This document shows positions 9,227 through 18,859 of a stretch of DNA of 64,000 nt, piece after piece. The translations under genes and the position numbers were made by a program. The notes beneath the pieces are model-generated. The model made no database searches. It saw nothing but the letters and a program-made list of their open reading frames with translations, and had not been told where the DNA came from. This stretch comes from a virus. How positions within the stretch are numbered: position 1 is the first letter of the stretch; each line of letters opens with the position of its first letter. The stretch lies in the IMG/VR virus record IMGVR_UViG_3300012933_000155, positions 71,079 through 135,078 of that record; one strand, 5' to 3'.

Positions 9227-10283
9227 CGTAAGCAAATTTCGAAAAGAAATTACAAAAAGCATTGAAGGATTAAGCATTGGATTTAACGACCCTACTGATT
9301 GGATTAGTACAGGTAATTATGCACTTAACTATCTTATCAGCGGTGACTTTAATAAAGGTGTACCTCTTGGTAAAGTTACTGTGTTTGCTGGAGAAAGCGG
9401 CGCAGGCAAGAGTTACATTTGTTCAGGCAACCTTGTTAAACACGCACAAGAACAAGGGATATTCGTTGTCCTCATCGACTCGGAAAACGCACTTGACGAA
9501 GATTGGCTTCATAACTTGGGTGTTGACACTGATGAATCCAAGCTACTAAAATTAAACATGGCTATGATTGACGAAGTGGGTAAAACTATTTCTATGTTCG
9601 TCAAAGACTACAAACAATTACCAGAAGCAGACCGACCAAAAGTATTGTTCGTTGTCGATTCATTGGGTATGTTGTTGACACCAACTGACGTTAATCAGTT
9701 TGAAGCAGGTGATATGAAGGGTGACATGGGTCGTAAGCCTAAAGCACTAACAGCACTTGTTCGTAACTGTGTTAACATGTTTGGTTCGCTTGGCATCGGC
9801 TTAGTTGCAACTAACCACACATACGCATCACAAGACATGTTTGACCCAGATGACAAAATCTCTGGTGGACAAGGTTTCGTTTATGCGTCATCTATCGTTG
9901 TTGCGATGAAGAAGATGAAGTTGAAAGAAGACGAAGACGGTAACAAAGTTTCAGAAGTAAATGGTATTCGTGCTGGATGTAAGATTATGAAAACTCGCTA
10001 TGCAAAACCTTTCGAGGGTGTGCAAGTGAAGATTCCTTACAAGACAGGTATGAGCCCATACTCTGGCTTAGTTGACATGGCTGAAAAAGCAGAGTTGCTG
10101 AAAAAAGAAGGCAACTCATTAGTCTACGTCACTATGGATGGTGAAATCATCAAGAAATTCCGTAAAGCATGGGAAGCAAACACCGATGAATGCTTGGACA
10201 AGTTGATGGCAGACTATCCATTGAGAACAGCTAAAGCAGAGATAAGTAATGTAGAACCAGAAGAAGGAGATTCTACAGAATGA
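9210..10283 (+). CDS. uvsX: RecA-like recombinase (UvsX)
   Basis: WISTGNYALN, GESGAGKS Walker A, IDSENA, VVDSLG, TNHTY, SGGQGFVYASS; probable TTG start at 9210 with GGAG SD. Confidence 0.93.
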   Translation: MAKPFDVSKFRKEITKSIEGLSIGFNDPTDWISTGNYALNYLISGDFNKGVPLGKVTVFAGESGAGKSYICSGNLVKHAQEQGIFVVLIDSENALDEDWLHNLGVDTDESKLLKLNMAMIDEVGKTISMFVKDYKQLPEADRPKVLFVVDSLGMLLTPTDVNQFEAGDMKGDMGRKPKALTALVRNCVNMFGSLGIGLVATNHTYASQDMFDPDDKISGGQGFVYASSIVVAMKKMKLKEDEDGNKVSEVNGIRAGCKIMKTRYAKPFEGVQVKIPYKTGMSPYSGLVDMAEKAELLKKEGNSLVYVTMDGEIIKKFRKAWEANTDECLDKLMADYPLRTAKAEISNVEPEEGDSTE

Positions 10284-10528
10284 GTTTAAGCATCGTATCA
10301 GAAGTTTGGGAAGCATTGCGTGAGCACATTGATTTCAATGACCGCTCAGAAGCAGCCGACACATTAGTAAATTATTTGATGGACAACAACTATGAAGTTG
10401 ATGATATCAAAGATGAATTCAAAGACAAAGATATCACTAAGGCTTTGAAGGGTTATGCAGAGCAACACTTCCAAGAAGAAGACTACGAAGAATACGAAGA
10501 AGACCAAGACGAAGACGATTGGAACTAA
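10280..10528 (+). CDS. Hypothetical acidic protein
   Basis: Coupled ORF between uvsX and uvsY; D/E-rich tail. Confidence 0.6.
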   Translation: MSLSIVSEVWEALREHIDFNDRSEAADTLVNYLMDNNYEVDDIKDEFKDKDITKALKGYAEQHFQEEDYEEYEEDQDEDDWN

Positions 10529-10990
10529 ATGTCAGGCAATTGGCTAACAAAGGTTAGTGCAGATATTTCAAAGCTGCCAGATTTCATTACATATTTTGAG
10601 AATGAACTGGCAGCGGCGAAGCATGATGTGAAGGTCTATGGCAACTTAGAAAAGAACATTGCTGCATTACCCGGTATCACCGAGCATCGCTTCCACCAGC
10701 TTCAAGAAGTTGAGGCTGTTCTGAATCACTTGAACATTCAATTACGTAAGATTCGTAGAAAGCATTTCCAAAAGTATCTGGAAGCGTACAATCGGGCACT
10801 CACATCACGTGATGCTGAAAAGTACACTGACGGTGAACAGGAAGTAATTGACTATGAAACCCTAATCAACGAAGTCGCATTAATGCGAAACAAATGGTTA
10901 GGTGTCATGAAAGGGCTCGATGCCAAACAATGGCAAATGGGTCACATAGTTCGATTACGGACAAGTGGAATGGAAGATATTACCCTTTAA
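10529..10990 (+). CDS. uvsY: Recombination mediator UvsY-like
   Basis: Helical protein with YLEAYNRALTSRDAEKYTDGE and KQWQMGHIVRLRTSGMED; downstream of uvsX. Confidence 0.8.
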   Translation: MSGNWLTKVSADISKLPDFITYFENELAAAKHDVKVYGNLEKNIAALPGITEHRFHQLQEVEAVLNHLNIQLRKIRRKHFQKYLEAYNRALTSRDAEKYTDGEQEVIDYETLINEVALMRNKWLGVMKGLDAKQWQMGHIVRLRTSGMEDITL

Positions 10991-10995
10991 CAGAG

Positions 10996-11025
10996 ACCTC
11001 GTATTGCAAAGATACGAGGTTTTTT
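10996..11025 (+). terminator. Rho-independent terminator overlapping a sigma70 promoter
   Basis: ACCTCGTAT/ATACGAGGT stem plus T-tract; TTGCAA(11004)-17-TATAAT(11027) overlaps it. Confidence 0.7.
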
Positions 11026-11037
11026 GTATAATAGAAC

Positions 11038-11886
11038 ATGTCACAATCTCAATACAAAGGTAAAGGCTTTGTTCAACTTACTGGAAAATCTACTATGACA
11101 CAAATTAACGCAAACCCTCTTCGTCCCTTTAGCAGTATCTCAGGATCTTCGGGACTATTTAACTCACCATTTGCAAACATAGCATTGAATGGTATAGATT
11201 TTGAAAAGACTAAACAATCACCGTCCATCACTAAAACAGAGGTATTCGAGAGCCCAGAAGATATTCTAACATTGAGTTGCACACTACAACGGTTACGTGC
11301 TACTGGCGAGTTTGGCAATCGTGTATTAGATGATGCGGTGATGCGTAAAGTATCAACTGAAGACCGAACAAAGTCGGCAGCACTTAGAGATTACTACAGC
11401 AAGAAAATTATGATGGGTAATCTAACTGACAAACTGTTCAAGTCTAATTTCAGACGAGACTTGTCTACGTTCATCATGGCAGATGGACACCGATTCAAAA
11501 CTAATGACATTGGTATGGCATGTTATTTGCCTGATTTCTACGACTACGACACACAGATTGATTCAATCAAGTTGCAAGTAGAAACTTCCCTCAATGTACC
11601 ATCTAGTTCACCTACTGTAATGAAGCTAGATGAAGTCAAATTAACTCCGTTGAGTAAAATTTCAAAGAAGACAAAAAATCGCAAACAACTTGAATACTGG
11701 TTCAAAGATGACAAAGTGAATGCCGCTGTTGTGTTGACACTAGACCCTAAGAATCAACTAATCAAAGTTTGGGATAGTATTTTCAACGGTTCTACTACCC
11801 TACCAATGAGCGGATATTTTCACAGAACTTCACTAGACGGATTTGAATACTTTAGAGTTACAAATTGGGATTTAATTAAGGCTTGA
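11038..11886 (+). CDS. Hypothetical protein
   Basis: 282-aa ORF whose ATG lies 5 nt after TATAAT. Confidence 0.7.
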   Translation: MSQSQYKGKGFVQLTGKSTMTQINANPLRPFSSISGSSGLFNSPFANIALNGIDFEKTKQSPSITKTEVFESPEDILTLSCTLQRLRATGEFGNRVLDDAVMRKVSTEDRTKSAALRDYYSKKIMMGNLTDKLFKSNFRRDLSTFIMADGHRFKTNDIGMACYLPDFYDYDTQIDSIKLQVETSLNVPSSSPTVMKLDEVKLTPLSKISKKTKNRKQLEYWFKDDKVNAAVVLTLDPKNQLIKVWDSIFNGSTTLPMSGYFHRTSLDGFEYFRVTNWDLIKA

Positions 11887-11911
11887 CAATAAATCATTTT
11901 GGGCATATAAT
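11883..11911 (+). promoter_or_regulatory. Consensus sigma70 early promoter
   Basis: TTGACA-17-TATAAT; near-identical copy at 12277-12305, related copy at 39423-39451. Confidence 0.85.
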
Positions 11912-11941
11912 AGATACTTAGATTGATTAAAGGAGTCTTGT

Positions 11942-12271
11942 ATGCTTGAAACTGAAACAAAACACAAATCAGCTGGTCAATTTGCTTGGTTCGCCGAGCG
12001 TGACGCACGACTCCGTAGTGCAGTCAATAGTACTAACTATTCTGACAGTCAAAAAATCAAAGCCGAGCGTATGAAATTGGCGCTGGAGATGTGCGTGTTT
12101 GCTGAGAACATTTACATCGAATACCGCAAAAAGTTCATTAGTGTTAAAGTTAACAAGCCTGCTCACGTTGACAAAAAGACCCTCGGCTTGCTCGAAGGTG
12201 ATTGGACAACAGAAGGTCACACAAAAGTATTAACTTCTCAGGGTTTCACCTATCGCTTATTTGCTCACTAA
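11942..12271 (+). CDS. Hypothetical early protein
   Basis: ORF after a consensus promoter; GGAG SD. Confidence 0.7.
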   Translation: MLETETKHKSAGQFAWFAERDARLRSAVNSTNYSDSQKIKAERMKLALEMCVFAENIYIEYRKKFISVKVNKPAHVDKKTLGLLEGDWTTEGHTKVLTSQGFTYRLFAH

Positions 12272-12276
12272 AAGGC

Positions 12277-12305
12277 TTGACAAATAATCATTTCGGGTAT
12301 ATAAT
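12277..12305 (+). promoter_or_regulatory. Consensus sigma70 early promoter
   Basis: TTGACA-17-TATAAT. Confidence 0.85.
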
Positions 12306-12338
12306 AACATCTTTAAGTCACAAAGTACAGGAATCTAC

Positions 12339-13346
12339 ATGACAAGCACAGTTCGCATCACTTCAGGCACGTATCGCAACGCATCAGTTAACGGTCAAGT
12401 GTTTACACTTGTCAAAGGTTATCAGCTAGGTGCTAAAGGTGGTTTCGTAACAGTTCGTAATGAGGGTCAGTTCCCGGGTCGTAGTGCTGAATTGCGTATC
12501 AACGTAGACAATCACGAATGCTTGCAATTCGTGTCAGGTGACACACTGGTGATTGAAGAAAAAGTAACTGAGACTGAGACAGAAGCAATGGATCGTATTG
12601 CCTCACGTTTCGCAGTGCTTGATGAAATGTCTCGTGCCTGTATCGCAGGTGATATTCGTGCTATGATTGTGACAGGTCCTGCAGGTATCGGTAAGTCACA
12701 CGGTGTTATCACACAGATGGAAAAAGCATCTATGTTTGACAAAATCTCAGGCAAGCGTCCTCGCTTTGAGATTGTCAAAGGTGCAATGTCAGGCATCGGC
12801 TTGTTCGCAAAACTCTACAAATTCTCTGACAAGAAAAACGTTCTCGTGTTTGACGACTGTGACATTTGGGATGACCAAGATGCAGTTAACGTGCTGAAAG
12901 GTGCCCTCGATTCAGGTAAGACTCGCCGTATCTCTTGGAACAAAGATAGTCGTTTGTTGCGTGACGAGGGTGTGCCAAACACTTTCAACTTTGAAGGTTC
13001 AATCATCTTCATTACTAACAAAACTTTCGATAGCAAAAAAGCAAGCAAGATGACACCTCACTTGGATGCTTTGCAAAGTCGTAGTCACTTCTTGGACCTG
13101 ACTGTTGATACTGAGCGTGACAAAATGTTGCGTATCAAGCAGGTGCATCGTGACGCTGACGGTGGCTTGTTTGCTGACTATGACTTTACTCAGGAACAAA
13201 CTGACGAGGTGATGAACTTTATCGAAGCTAATCATTCTAAATTGCGTGAAGTGTCATTGCGTATGTGTTTGAAGATTGCTGACCTCGTTAAGATTTCTGG
13301 CAACTGGCGTGAACTTGCTAAAGCAACTTGCATGAAAGGTGCATAA
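12339..13346 (+). CDS. AAA+-like P-loop ATPase, early
   Basis: IVTGPAGIGKS Walker A, VLVFDDCD Walker B, IIFITN sensor, ALQSRS Arg-finger-like. Confidence 0.8.
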   Translation: MTSTVRITSGTYRNASVNGQVFTLVKGYQLGAKGGFVTVRNEGQFPGRSAELRINVDNHECLQFVSGDTLVIEEKVTETETEAMDRIASRFAVLDEMSRACIAGDIRAMIVTGPAGIGKSHGVITQMEKASMFDKISGKRPRFEIVKGAMSGIGLFAKLYKFSDKKNVLVFDDCDIWDDQDAVNVLKGALDSGKTRRISWNKDSRLLRDEGVPNTFNFEGSIIFITNKTFDSKKASKMTPHLDALQSRSHFLDLTVDTERDKMLRIKQVHRDADGGLFADYDFTQEQTDEVMNFIEANHSKLREVSLRMCLKIADLVKISGNWRELAKATCMKGA

Positions 13347-13516
13347 TGGAATACGTTCTTGTTGCATTGATGTTAACATCTCCGGGTGTTTACACTTTTG
13401 AATCTGTAGCTGATTTTAAGACTATGGATGAATGTCAAAAATCTTTAGAACGTGCTAACAAAAATGGCACGACTAAGATTGTAAGTTTGCTGTGTGCGAA
13501 AAAGGATAAAGTATGA
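13346..13516 (+). CDS. Small hypothetical protein with hydrophobic N-terminus
   Basis: TAATG overlap; MEYVLVALML; two Cys. Confidence 0.55.
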   Translation: MEYVLVALMLTSPGVYTFESVADFKTMDECQKSLERANKNGTTKIVSLLCAKKDKV

Positions 13517-13722
13517 AAGAATCAGAATTGATTCGTAGCTTTCAAAGTTGGGAGCGACAACTAGGTAACTATGGATACAAGATAAGTGTCCTCACGAATG
13601 GTCTTTACATTCATAACAGTAAAGGCACTATCGTTGCTGATTGTCAGTCAGTAGACGGCTTGCGTGGATTCGCACAAGCAGTAGAATACTTTGACCCGAA
13701 CGCAGGAATTGAAACAAAATGA
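13513..13722 (+). CDS. Hypothetical protein
   Basis: ATGA-coupled ORF. Confidence 0.6.
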   Translation: MKESELIRSFQSWERQLGNYGYKISVLTNGLYIHNSKGTIVADCQSVDGLRGFAQAVEYFDPNAGIETK

Positions 13723-14057
13723 ATATCAAAATGTATCTAGCATTTTTCAAATGGTGCTTTATGCGAATCTTCGGTGGTTGTTTCAACCTAGCTGAAAATT
13801 TCAGATATGAATTGAAGAAAGGTGCTCCTGATTCTATCTTTGCTATCTGCGGGTTTCTTATTCTCTCATTGATTACCTTGCTAGTGACACTATTATTATC
13901 TGCTTGGTTAATCGAAAGTAAAGAGACAGTCCAACTTATCGGAGCATCCGGTTTCTGGCTTGCAGTGTTTACCTTCTTTTACAACATTGTCAAGGCAGCG
14001 TTTGAATGTTTCTTGGTTGAGCGTGAACACATCTTTAACAAATTGCGTGATGAATGA
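13719..14057 (+). CDS. Hypothetical membrane protein
   Basis: Two long hydrophobic segments; coupled start. Confidence 0.6.
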   Translation: MNIKMYLAFFKWCFMRIFGGCFNLAENFRYELKKGAPDSIFAICGFLILSLITLLVTLLLSAWLIESKETVQLIGASGFWLAVFTFFYNIVKAAFECFLVEREHIFNKLRDE

Positions 14058-14271
14058 GCATAAAAATACAATTCGTGCGTTGAAGGATGAGGAGCTTCTA
14101 GTGTCCAGTTGGTGGTGTCGAATCGGCATTCATAACTGGACTCGCTGGCAGGATGCTGAACTGGGTAGCCACACTCCGTGGCACAGTACGTTCAGTAAAA
14201 GAGCGCGGTATCGTCAACGGTACTGCTGTCATTGTAACCATGTGAACCGAACGGTTTTGTTGTTAGAGTAA
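14050..14271 (+). CDS. Small Cys/His-rich (Zn-binding-like) protein
   Basis: WCRIGIHNW...YCCHC; start at ATG 14050. Confidence 0.55.
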   Translation: MNEHKNTIRALKDEELLVSSWWCRIGIHNWTRWQDAELGSHTPWHSTFSKRARYRQRYCCHCNHVNRTVLLLE

Positions 14272-14274
14272 CAA

Positions 14275-14299
14275 AAGGGGACTTAGGTCCCCTTATTTT
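14275..14299 (+). terminator. Rho-independent terminator
   Basis: AAGGGGAC-TTAG-GTCCCCTT-ATTTT. Confidence 0.75.
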
Positions 14300-14309
14300 G
14301 CCTATAGTG

Positions 14310-14338
14310 TTGACTTCCATCTAGTAATACTTTATAAT
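14310..14338 (+). promoter_or_regulatory. Sigma70 promoter (leaderless transcript likely)
   Basis: TTGACT-17-TATAAT, with the ATG 6 nt downstream. Confidence 0.7.
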
Positions 14339-14344
14339 TGCTGA

Positions 14345-15409
14345 ATGAAAATAACGCCTACGACAAAGGAACAGTTAGTCTATTACATGTTGCAAAATAT
14401 TAGTTTAGGAACCTACGATAATAAGTTCCTCACTAACCTGCAAGAAAATCTAGTGTCACGTAAAAACCCAGTGACTAGTAATCAGGCTGACTTGCTAACC
14501 AAAATTACACTACGTTATTTCAAGCAGTTCAAAAAGCATGAGATTGACGTAAATGAAATGGCTATGCTCCCATGGTCAACTCAACCAATATTGAGTTCAC
14601 CCCAATACACTAGTGCCTTTTGTGTAGTGGAAGATGATGTACTGAAGATTAGAAGTCCGTACAATACTGAGTTTATCAGTGAAATCAGAAAAATGCCAGT
14701 AACAGCAGATTGGGACAAAGACACAAAAACATGGTCTATGCCTTACTGCGAAGTTACTGCAAAACATGCAATAGAGTGTATAACAAAAAACTATGAAGTA
14801 ATTAACTTCTGCCCAGTATTAACAGAGGTCATAGATACTTTCGCTAAATATGAGACTGCACAACACTGGGATCCAATTTACTTGAAAGTAAACGGCAACT
14901 ATATGATTGCTTGTATTACTAAGCAGATACACGAAATTGTAAGTAATGTCACGCTAGATGCAAGTCCTGCAACACTAGCGTTACTCACTTCACTGGGTAT
15001 TAATATTTCAAATGAAGTAGTACTAGACGCATGTGCTACACTGGACAATACGTTATCAGGACACAAACTCATCGATTTTGCTACATCAATGTCATCTACT
15101 ATCATTGATGAGAATTGTATGGATGAGTTAGCATTGTACTTGAAAGAAATTAAATCAGATTTTGTTCTAATCGTTGACACATACAAAGAAAAGAACAGAG
15201 TACATACGAAAAAGTTGCATGACCTTTTGACCGGCATGAACGTAAACACACATCTTGTTACCAGACAAGATAAAGCAGAGCTAGACTTCTCATCTTACAA
15301 TTTGCCAGTGATTGTTAATTCATCATTGTGGGGTGTAGGAAGTTTTTCTAAGATTGCAAAATGCAAGACTGTATTCTTAGGCAACAATAAACCGATTGAG
15401 ATTAAATGA
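14345..15409 (+). CDS. Hypothetical protein coupled to the UvsW helicase
   Basis: 354-aa ORF; ATGA overlap with the helicase. Confidence 0.7.
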   Translation: MKITPTTKEQLVYYMLQNISLGTYDNKFLTNLQENLVSRKNPVTSNQADLLTKITLRYFKQFKKHEIDVNEMAMLPWSTQPILSSPQYTSAFCVVEDDVLKIRSPYNTEFISEIRKMPVTADWDKDTKTWSMPYCEVTAKHAIECITKNYEVINFCPVLTEVIDTFAKYETAQHWDPIYLKVNGNYMIACITKQIHEIVSNVTLDASPATLALLTSLGINISNEVVLDACATLDNTLSGHKLIDFATSMSSTIIDENCMDELALYLKEIKSDFVLIVDTYKEKNRVHTKKLHDLLTGMNVNTHLVTRQDKAELDFSSYNLPVIVNSSLWGVGSFSKIAKCKTVFLGNNKPIEIK

Positions 15410-16893
15410 AAGAATGTAAACTAATTATTAGAGATGAAGTCAACGTAAAAATTGAAGGTCTGGAGCTGGGAGACCGCAAAGCGTTGATGAAGAAGTTTGA
15501 GTATGAGAAGCCTGGTGCAAGATATTTGCCGAGTGTCCGATTAGGTCGCTGGAACGGCAAGATTAGTTATTTCAGTCTAGGAGGTTCAACATACGTCAAC
15601 TTGCTACCTGAGATTCTACCAATCTTAGACCAAGCAGGATATGACATTGAACTAGAAGACTTGCGTGAGTATTCTACTACGTTTAACTTCACCGAATTCA
15701 AAGAAGATAGCTTTGCTGAACATCTATGGCCTGCAAAGCATCCAATGGCAGGTCAGCCTGTTATGATTCGTGACTATCAACTTGATATTGTTAACAACTT
15801 CTTAAAGAACCCACAAGCATTACAAGAAGTAGCGACAGGCGCAGGTAAGACAATTATGACTGCGGCTCTGAGTTATTCAGTACAAGCATACGGTCGTAGT
15901 ATTGTTATCGTCCCTAACAAAGACTTGGTTACACAGACCGAACGTGATTACATTAACGTAGGATTAGATGTTGGTGTGTACTTCGGTGACAGAAAAGACT
16001 TTGGTAAGACACATACGATTTGCACATGGCAAAGTCTTGGCAACATGTTGAAGAAAACAAAAGCAGACGAAGCAGAAGTTTCCATTCAAGACTTTATTGA
16101 GGGTGTAGTGTGCGTTATTGTTGACGAAGTTCACATGGCTAAAGCTGATGTGTTGAAAGAACTATTATCTACTGTAATGTCACACATCCCAATTCGCTGG
16201 GGATTGACTGGAACTATTCCCAAGTCTGATTTTGACTATAAAGCTATCATGGTTTCATTGGGTCCAGTCATCGGACGTTTGTCTGCAAAAGAATTGCAAG
16301 ACAAAGGTGTGTTGGCACAGTGTCACGTGAACATCATTCAGTTACAAGATAAAGTTGAATTTAGTAACTATCAGTCTGAGTTGAAGTACCTACTTGAAGA
16401 TGACAAACGGTTAACAACTATATGCCAACTGATTGAGAAGATTAAAGAGACCGGCAACACGTTGATTCTAGTTGATAGAGTTGGCGCTGGTAAACAAATT
16501 CAAACCAGACTTAGTGAAGCATTCACAAAAGCTAGGTTAGATTATGAGGTAAGTTTCGTATCGGGCGAGACAGGATTAGCAGAAAGGAAAGAACAGTATG
16601 ATGAAGTGGCTACAGCTACTAACAAAGTTATTGTGGCGACTTATGGTGTGGCCGCTGTGGGGATTAATATTCCTAGGATTTTTAATCTGGTTCTTATGGA
16701 ACCCGGAAAGAGCTTTGTCCGAGTTATCCAGTCTATTGGACGCGGTATTAGAAAAGCAGAAGACAAAGACCACGTGCAAATCTGGGACATAACCAGCAGT
16801 TGCAAGTTCGCAAAAAGACACTTGACACAACGCAAGACCTTTTATAAGGATGCAAATTATCCATTCTCGATTGAGAAACTTGACTATAAATGA
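15406..16893 (+). CDS. uvsW: SF2 DNA helicase (UvsW-like)
   Basis: IRDYQ Q-motif, ATGAGKT, IVDEVH, GLTGT, GINIPRI, QSIGRGIR. Confidence 0.92.
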   Translation: MKECKLIIRDEVNVKIEGLELGDRKALMKKFEYEKPGARYLPSVRLGRWNGKISYFSLGGSTYVNLLPEILPILDQAGYDIELEDLREYSTTFNFTEFKEDSFAEHLWPAKHPMAGQPVMIRDYQLDIVNNFLKNPQALQEVATGAGKTIMTAALSYSVQAYGRSIVIVPNKDLVTQTERDYINVGLDVGVYFGDRKDFGKTHTICTWQSLGNMLKKTKADEAEVSIQDFIEGVVCVIVDEVHMAKADVLKELLSTVMSHIPIRWGLTGTIPKSDFDYKAIMVSLGPVIGRLSAKELQDKGVLAQCHVNIIQLQDKVEFSNYQSELKYLLEDDKRLTTICQLIEKIKETGNTLILVDRVGAGKQIQTRLSEAFTKARLDYEVSFVSGETGLAERKEQYDEVATATNKVIVATYGVAAVGINIPRIFNLVLMEPGKSFVRVIQSIGRGIRKAEDKDHVQIWDITSSCKFAKRHLTQRKTFYKDANYPFSIEKLDYK

Positions 16894-16905
16894 TATAATA
16901 ACACT

Positions 16906-17406
16906 ATGCGAATTTTAACATTAGACGATACCTATTACAACTTAGAAACACTACCCGAAGAAGTAGATGATTTGCGCTTTGCTATACTTGATAACTCAAA
17001 CCCACAAAACGTAGACTATCATTATATCCCACTTATCTTCTTAGAGAGTTTCAATTCACCTGCACTTGTTTTGCGAGTAGGTGACAAGACTATTAAGATG
17101 CCAGTAGATTGGCAAATCTTAATCGGTGAACCTGAAATGGGTGACCTAGAAACATTGCCACTAACAAGTATCAATGACAGAGGATTCAAAGCATTTGAGT
17201 TTAACCCGCTCTCAGCATTTAGACCTAGCTTTCAAGATATCGAGATTGTTGATATCTATCACGATGTAACTTGGTATGCACCTCGATTAAAGAATGGGCA
17301 GTTCTTATGCGTACCCATTGATGATACTCCGAAACCTAGATGTATCTATTTTGTTAAAGACATTAGTAGAAATTGTGAAATCGTAGACTATCAACAGGCT
17401 TGGTAA
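16906..17406 (+). CDS. Hypothetical protein with a possible degenerate Hint-like fold
   Basis: Own sigma70 promoter TTGAGA(16871)-17-TATAAT(16894); beta-rich pattern. Confidence 0.65.
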   Translation: MRILTLDDTYYNLETLPEEVDDLRFAILDNSNPQNVDYHYIPLIFLESFNSPALVLRVGDKTIKMPVDWQILIGEPEMGDLETLPLTSINDRGFKAFEFNPLSAFRPSFQDIEIVDIYHDVTWYAPRLKNGQFLCVPIDDTPKPRCIYFVKDISRNCEIVDYQQAW

Positions 17407-18002
17407 TGGCAACAAAGAAACCTGCAACACCTAAAGACGAAAAATTTGAGAAGCAAGACTTCGACTTGTTCGAGGCACTCTCAGCATTGGATCGTAAAGA
17501 TTATACATACTTAGACAACTTAACAGACGAGCAACAACGAAAGTTCGTCCCGTACATGATGACACATTGGATGAGTACTGTTAAAGACAACGGTGGAGTT
17601 CAAGGTTATTATGTGTTGAGTACAGAGTATGCCGCTAACAAACACTTATTCAACGAGCATGTACAGAAACATCCTAAACTACAATGGTTGATGCTGTGCG
17701 CGGCAAGTCCTGGCTTAGGTAAGAAGTTCCATCAATGGATTCCTCACTTGTCTAGCAAAGTAGCAACATTGAAAGAGTCTCCTAAACTCAAAGATGTTAA
17801 AGACTATTACGCAAAGATTTATCCCAAGGCTGCTCCTAGCGACTTAGATATGCTGGCAGAAGTGTTTGTAGACGAACACAAAAAGAAAGTGTATCTTGCA
17901 AAAAGATTCCCCGAATTAAAATTATCCGACATTGAAGTATTAGCACAGACAGTAACAGATGATGACATTAGAGCATACGAAAGAGACCTTGGCAACGACT
18001 AA
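17406..18002 (+). CDS. Clamp loader small subunit (T4 gp62-like), putative
   Basis: FDLFEALSALDRKD...FVPYMMTHWMS...LQWLMLCAASPGLGKKFHQWIP pattern resembles gp62. Confidence 0.55.
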   Translation: MATKKPATPKDEKFEKQDFDLFEALSALDRKDYTYLDNLTDEQQRKFVPYMMTHWMSTVKDNGGVQGYYVLSTEYAANKHLFNEHVQKHPKLQWLMLCAASPGLGKKFHQWIPHLSSKVATLKESPKLKDVKDYYAKIYPKAAPSDLDMLAEVFVDEHKKKVYLAKRFPELKLSDIEVLAQTVTDDDIRAYERDLGND

Positions 18003-18675
18003 GTACACCTGCGAGTTTTGTAATAAAACATTTGCACGTGAGCGTACATTAGTTAGCCATCTTTGTGAGAAGAAACAACGATGGCTTAACAAGGATCATC
18101 CTGGCAACAGAATCGGGTTTCAAACTTGGGTTCAGTTTTACTCTAAACACAGCATGAGTAGGACTAAGAACAAAACGTATGAAGAATTTATTAACAGCCC
18201 GTACTATATTGCGTTTGCCAAGTTCGGTAGTTATTGTGTAGACACTAAGGTGTTGAACATTTCATTCTACGTTGATTGGCTTCTTAAAGAACAATTCAAA
18301 CTAGATTCATGGACGAGTGATACAGTGTACAACAAGTATTTGTGTCATTACTTGCGGCATGAGGATCCATTCGATGCTATCTATCGAGGTGTTGAAAACT
18401 GTTCCGAATTAGCAGAAGCAAATAGTATTCAACCTAATGACGTATTTCGGTACGTTAACGCAAATCGGGTATGTCAGTACATCATAAACGGTAAAATATC
18501 ACCATGGATGTTGTTTCAAAGCGACAGTGGTATCCGTTTTCTAGAGACATTAAATCAGGATCAAGTTACAATAATACTTGATTACATTAGTCCAGAACAA
18601 TGGAAGTTGAAGTTTAACCGAGAGCCAGATGTTACTAGAAAAATACGAGACACCCTCAAAGACGCAGGGTACTAA
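17959..18675 (+). CDS. Hypothetical protein with an N-terminal C2H2/C2HC zinc finger
   Basis: YTCEFCNKTFARERTLVSHLC. Confidence 0.65.
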   Translation: MMTLEHTKETLATTKYTCEFCNKTFARERTLVSHLCEKKQRWLNKDHPGNRIGFQTWVQFYSKHSMSRTKNKTYEEFINSPYYIAFAKFGSYCVDTKVLNISFYVDWLLKEQFKLDSWTSDTVYNKYLCHYLRHEDPFDAIYRGVENCSELAEANSIQPNDVFRYVNANRVCQYIINGKISPWMLFQSDSGIRFLETLNQDQVTIILDYISPEQWKLKFNREPDVTRKIRDTLKDAGY

Positions 18676-18859
18676 AGTCACGCTTGAGTGGCGGCATGGA
18701 CGAGACAATACTGAATCATGGAATGAGATTTGCGCTTGGGTAATCGAGCAGTTTGGAATGCCTGGAACACTTTATACATGGCATCCAACAGAAGATTATA
18801 TGCAGTTTTACTTTCATAGAGAACAGGATGCGATTCACTTTATGTTGAGGTGGGCATGA
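18629..18859 (+). CDS. LRW-array small protein
   Basis: AWVIEQFG...FYFHREQDAIHFMLRWA. Confidence 0.65.
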   Translation: MLLEKYETPSKTQGTKVTLEWRHGRDNTESWNEICAWVIEQFGMPGTLYTWHPTEDYMQFYFHREQDAIHFMLRWA

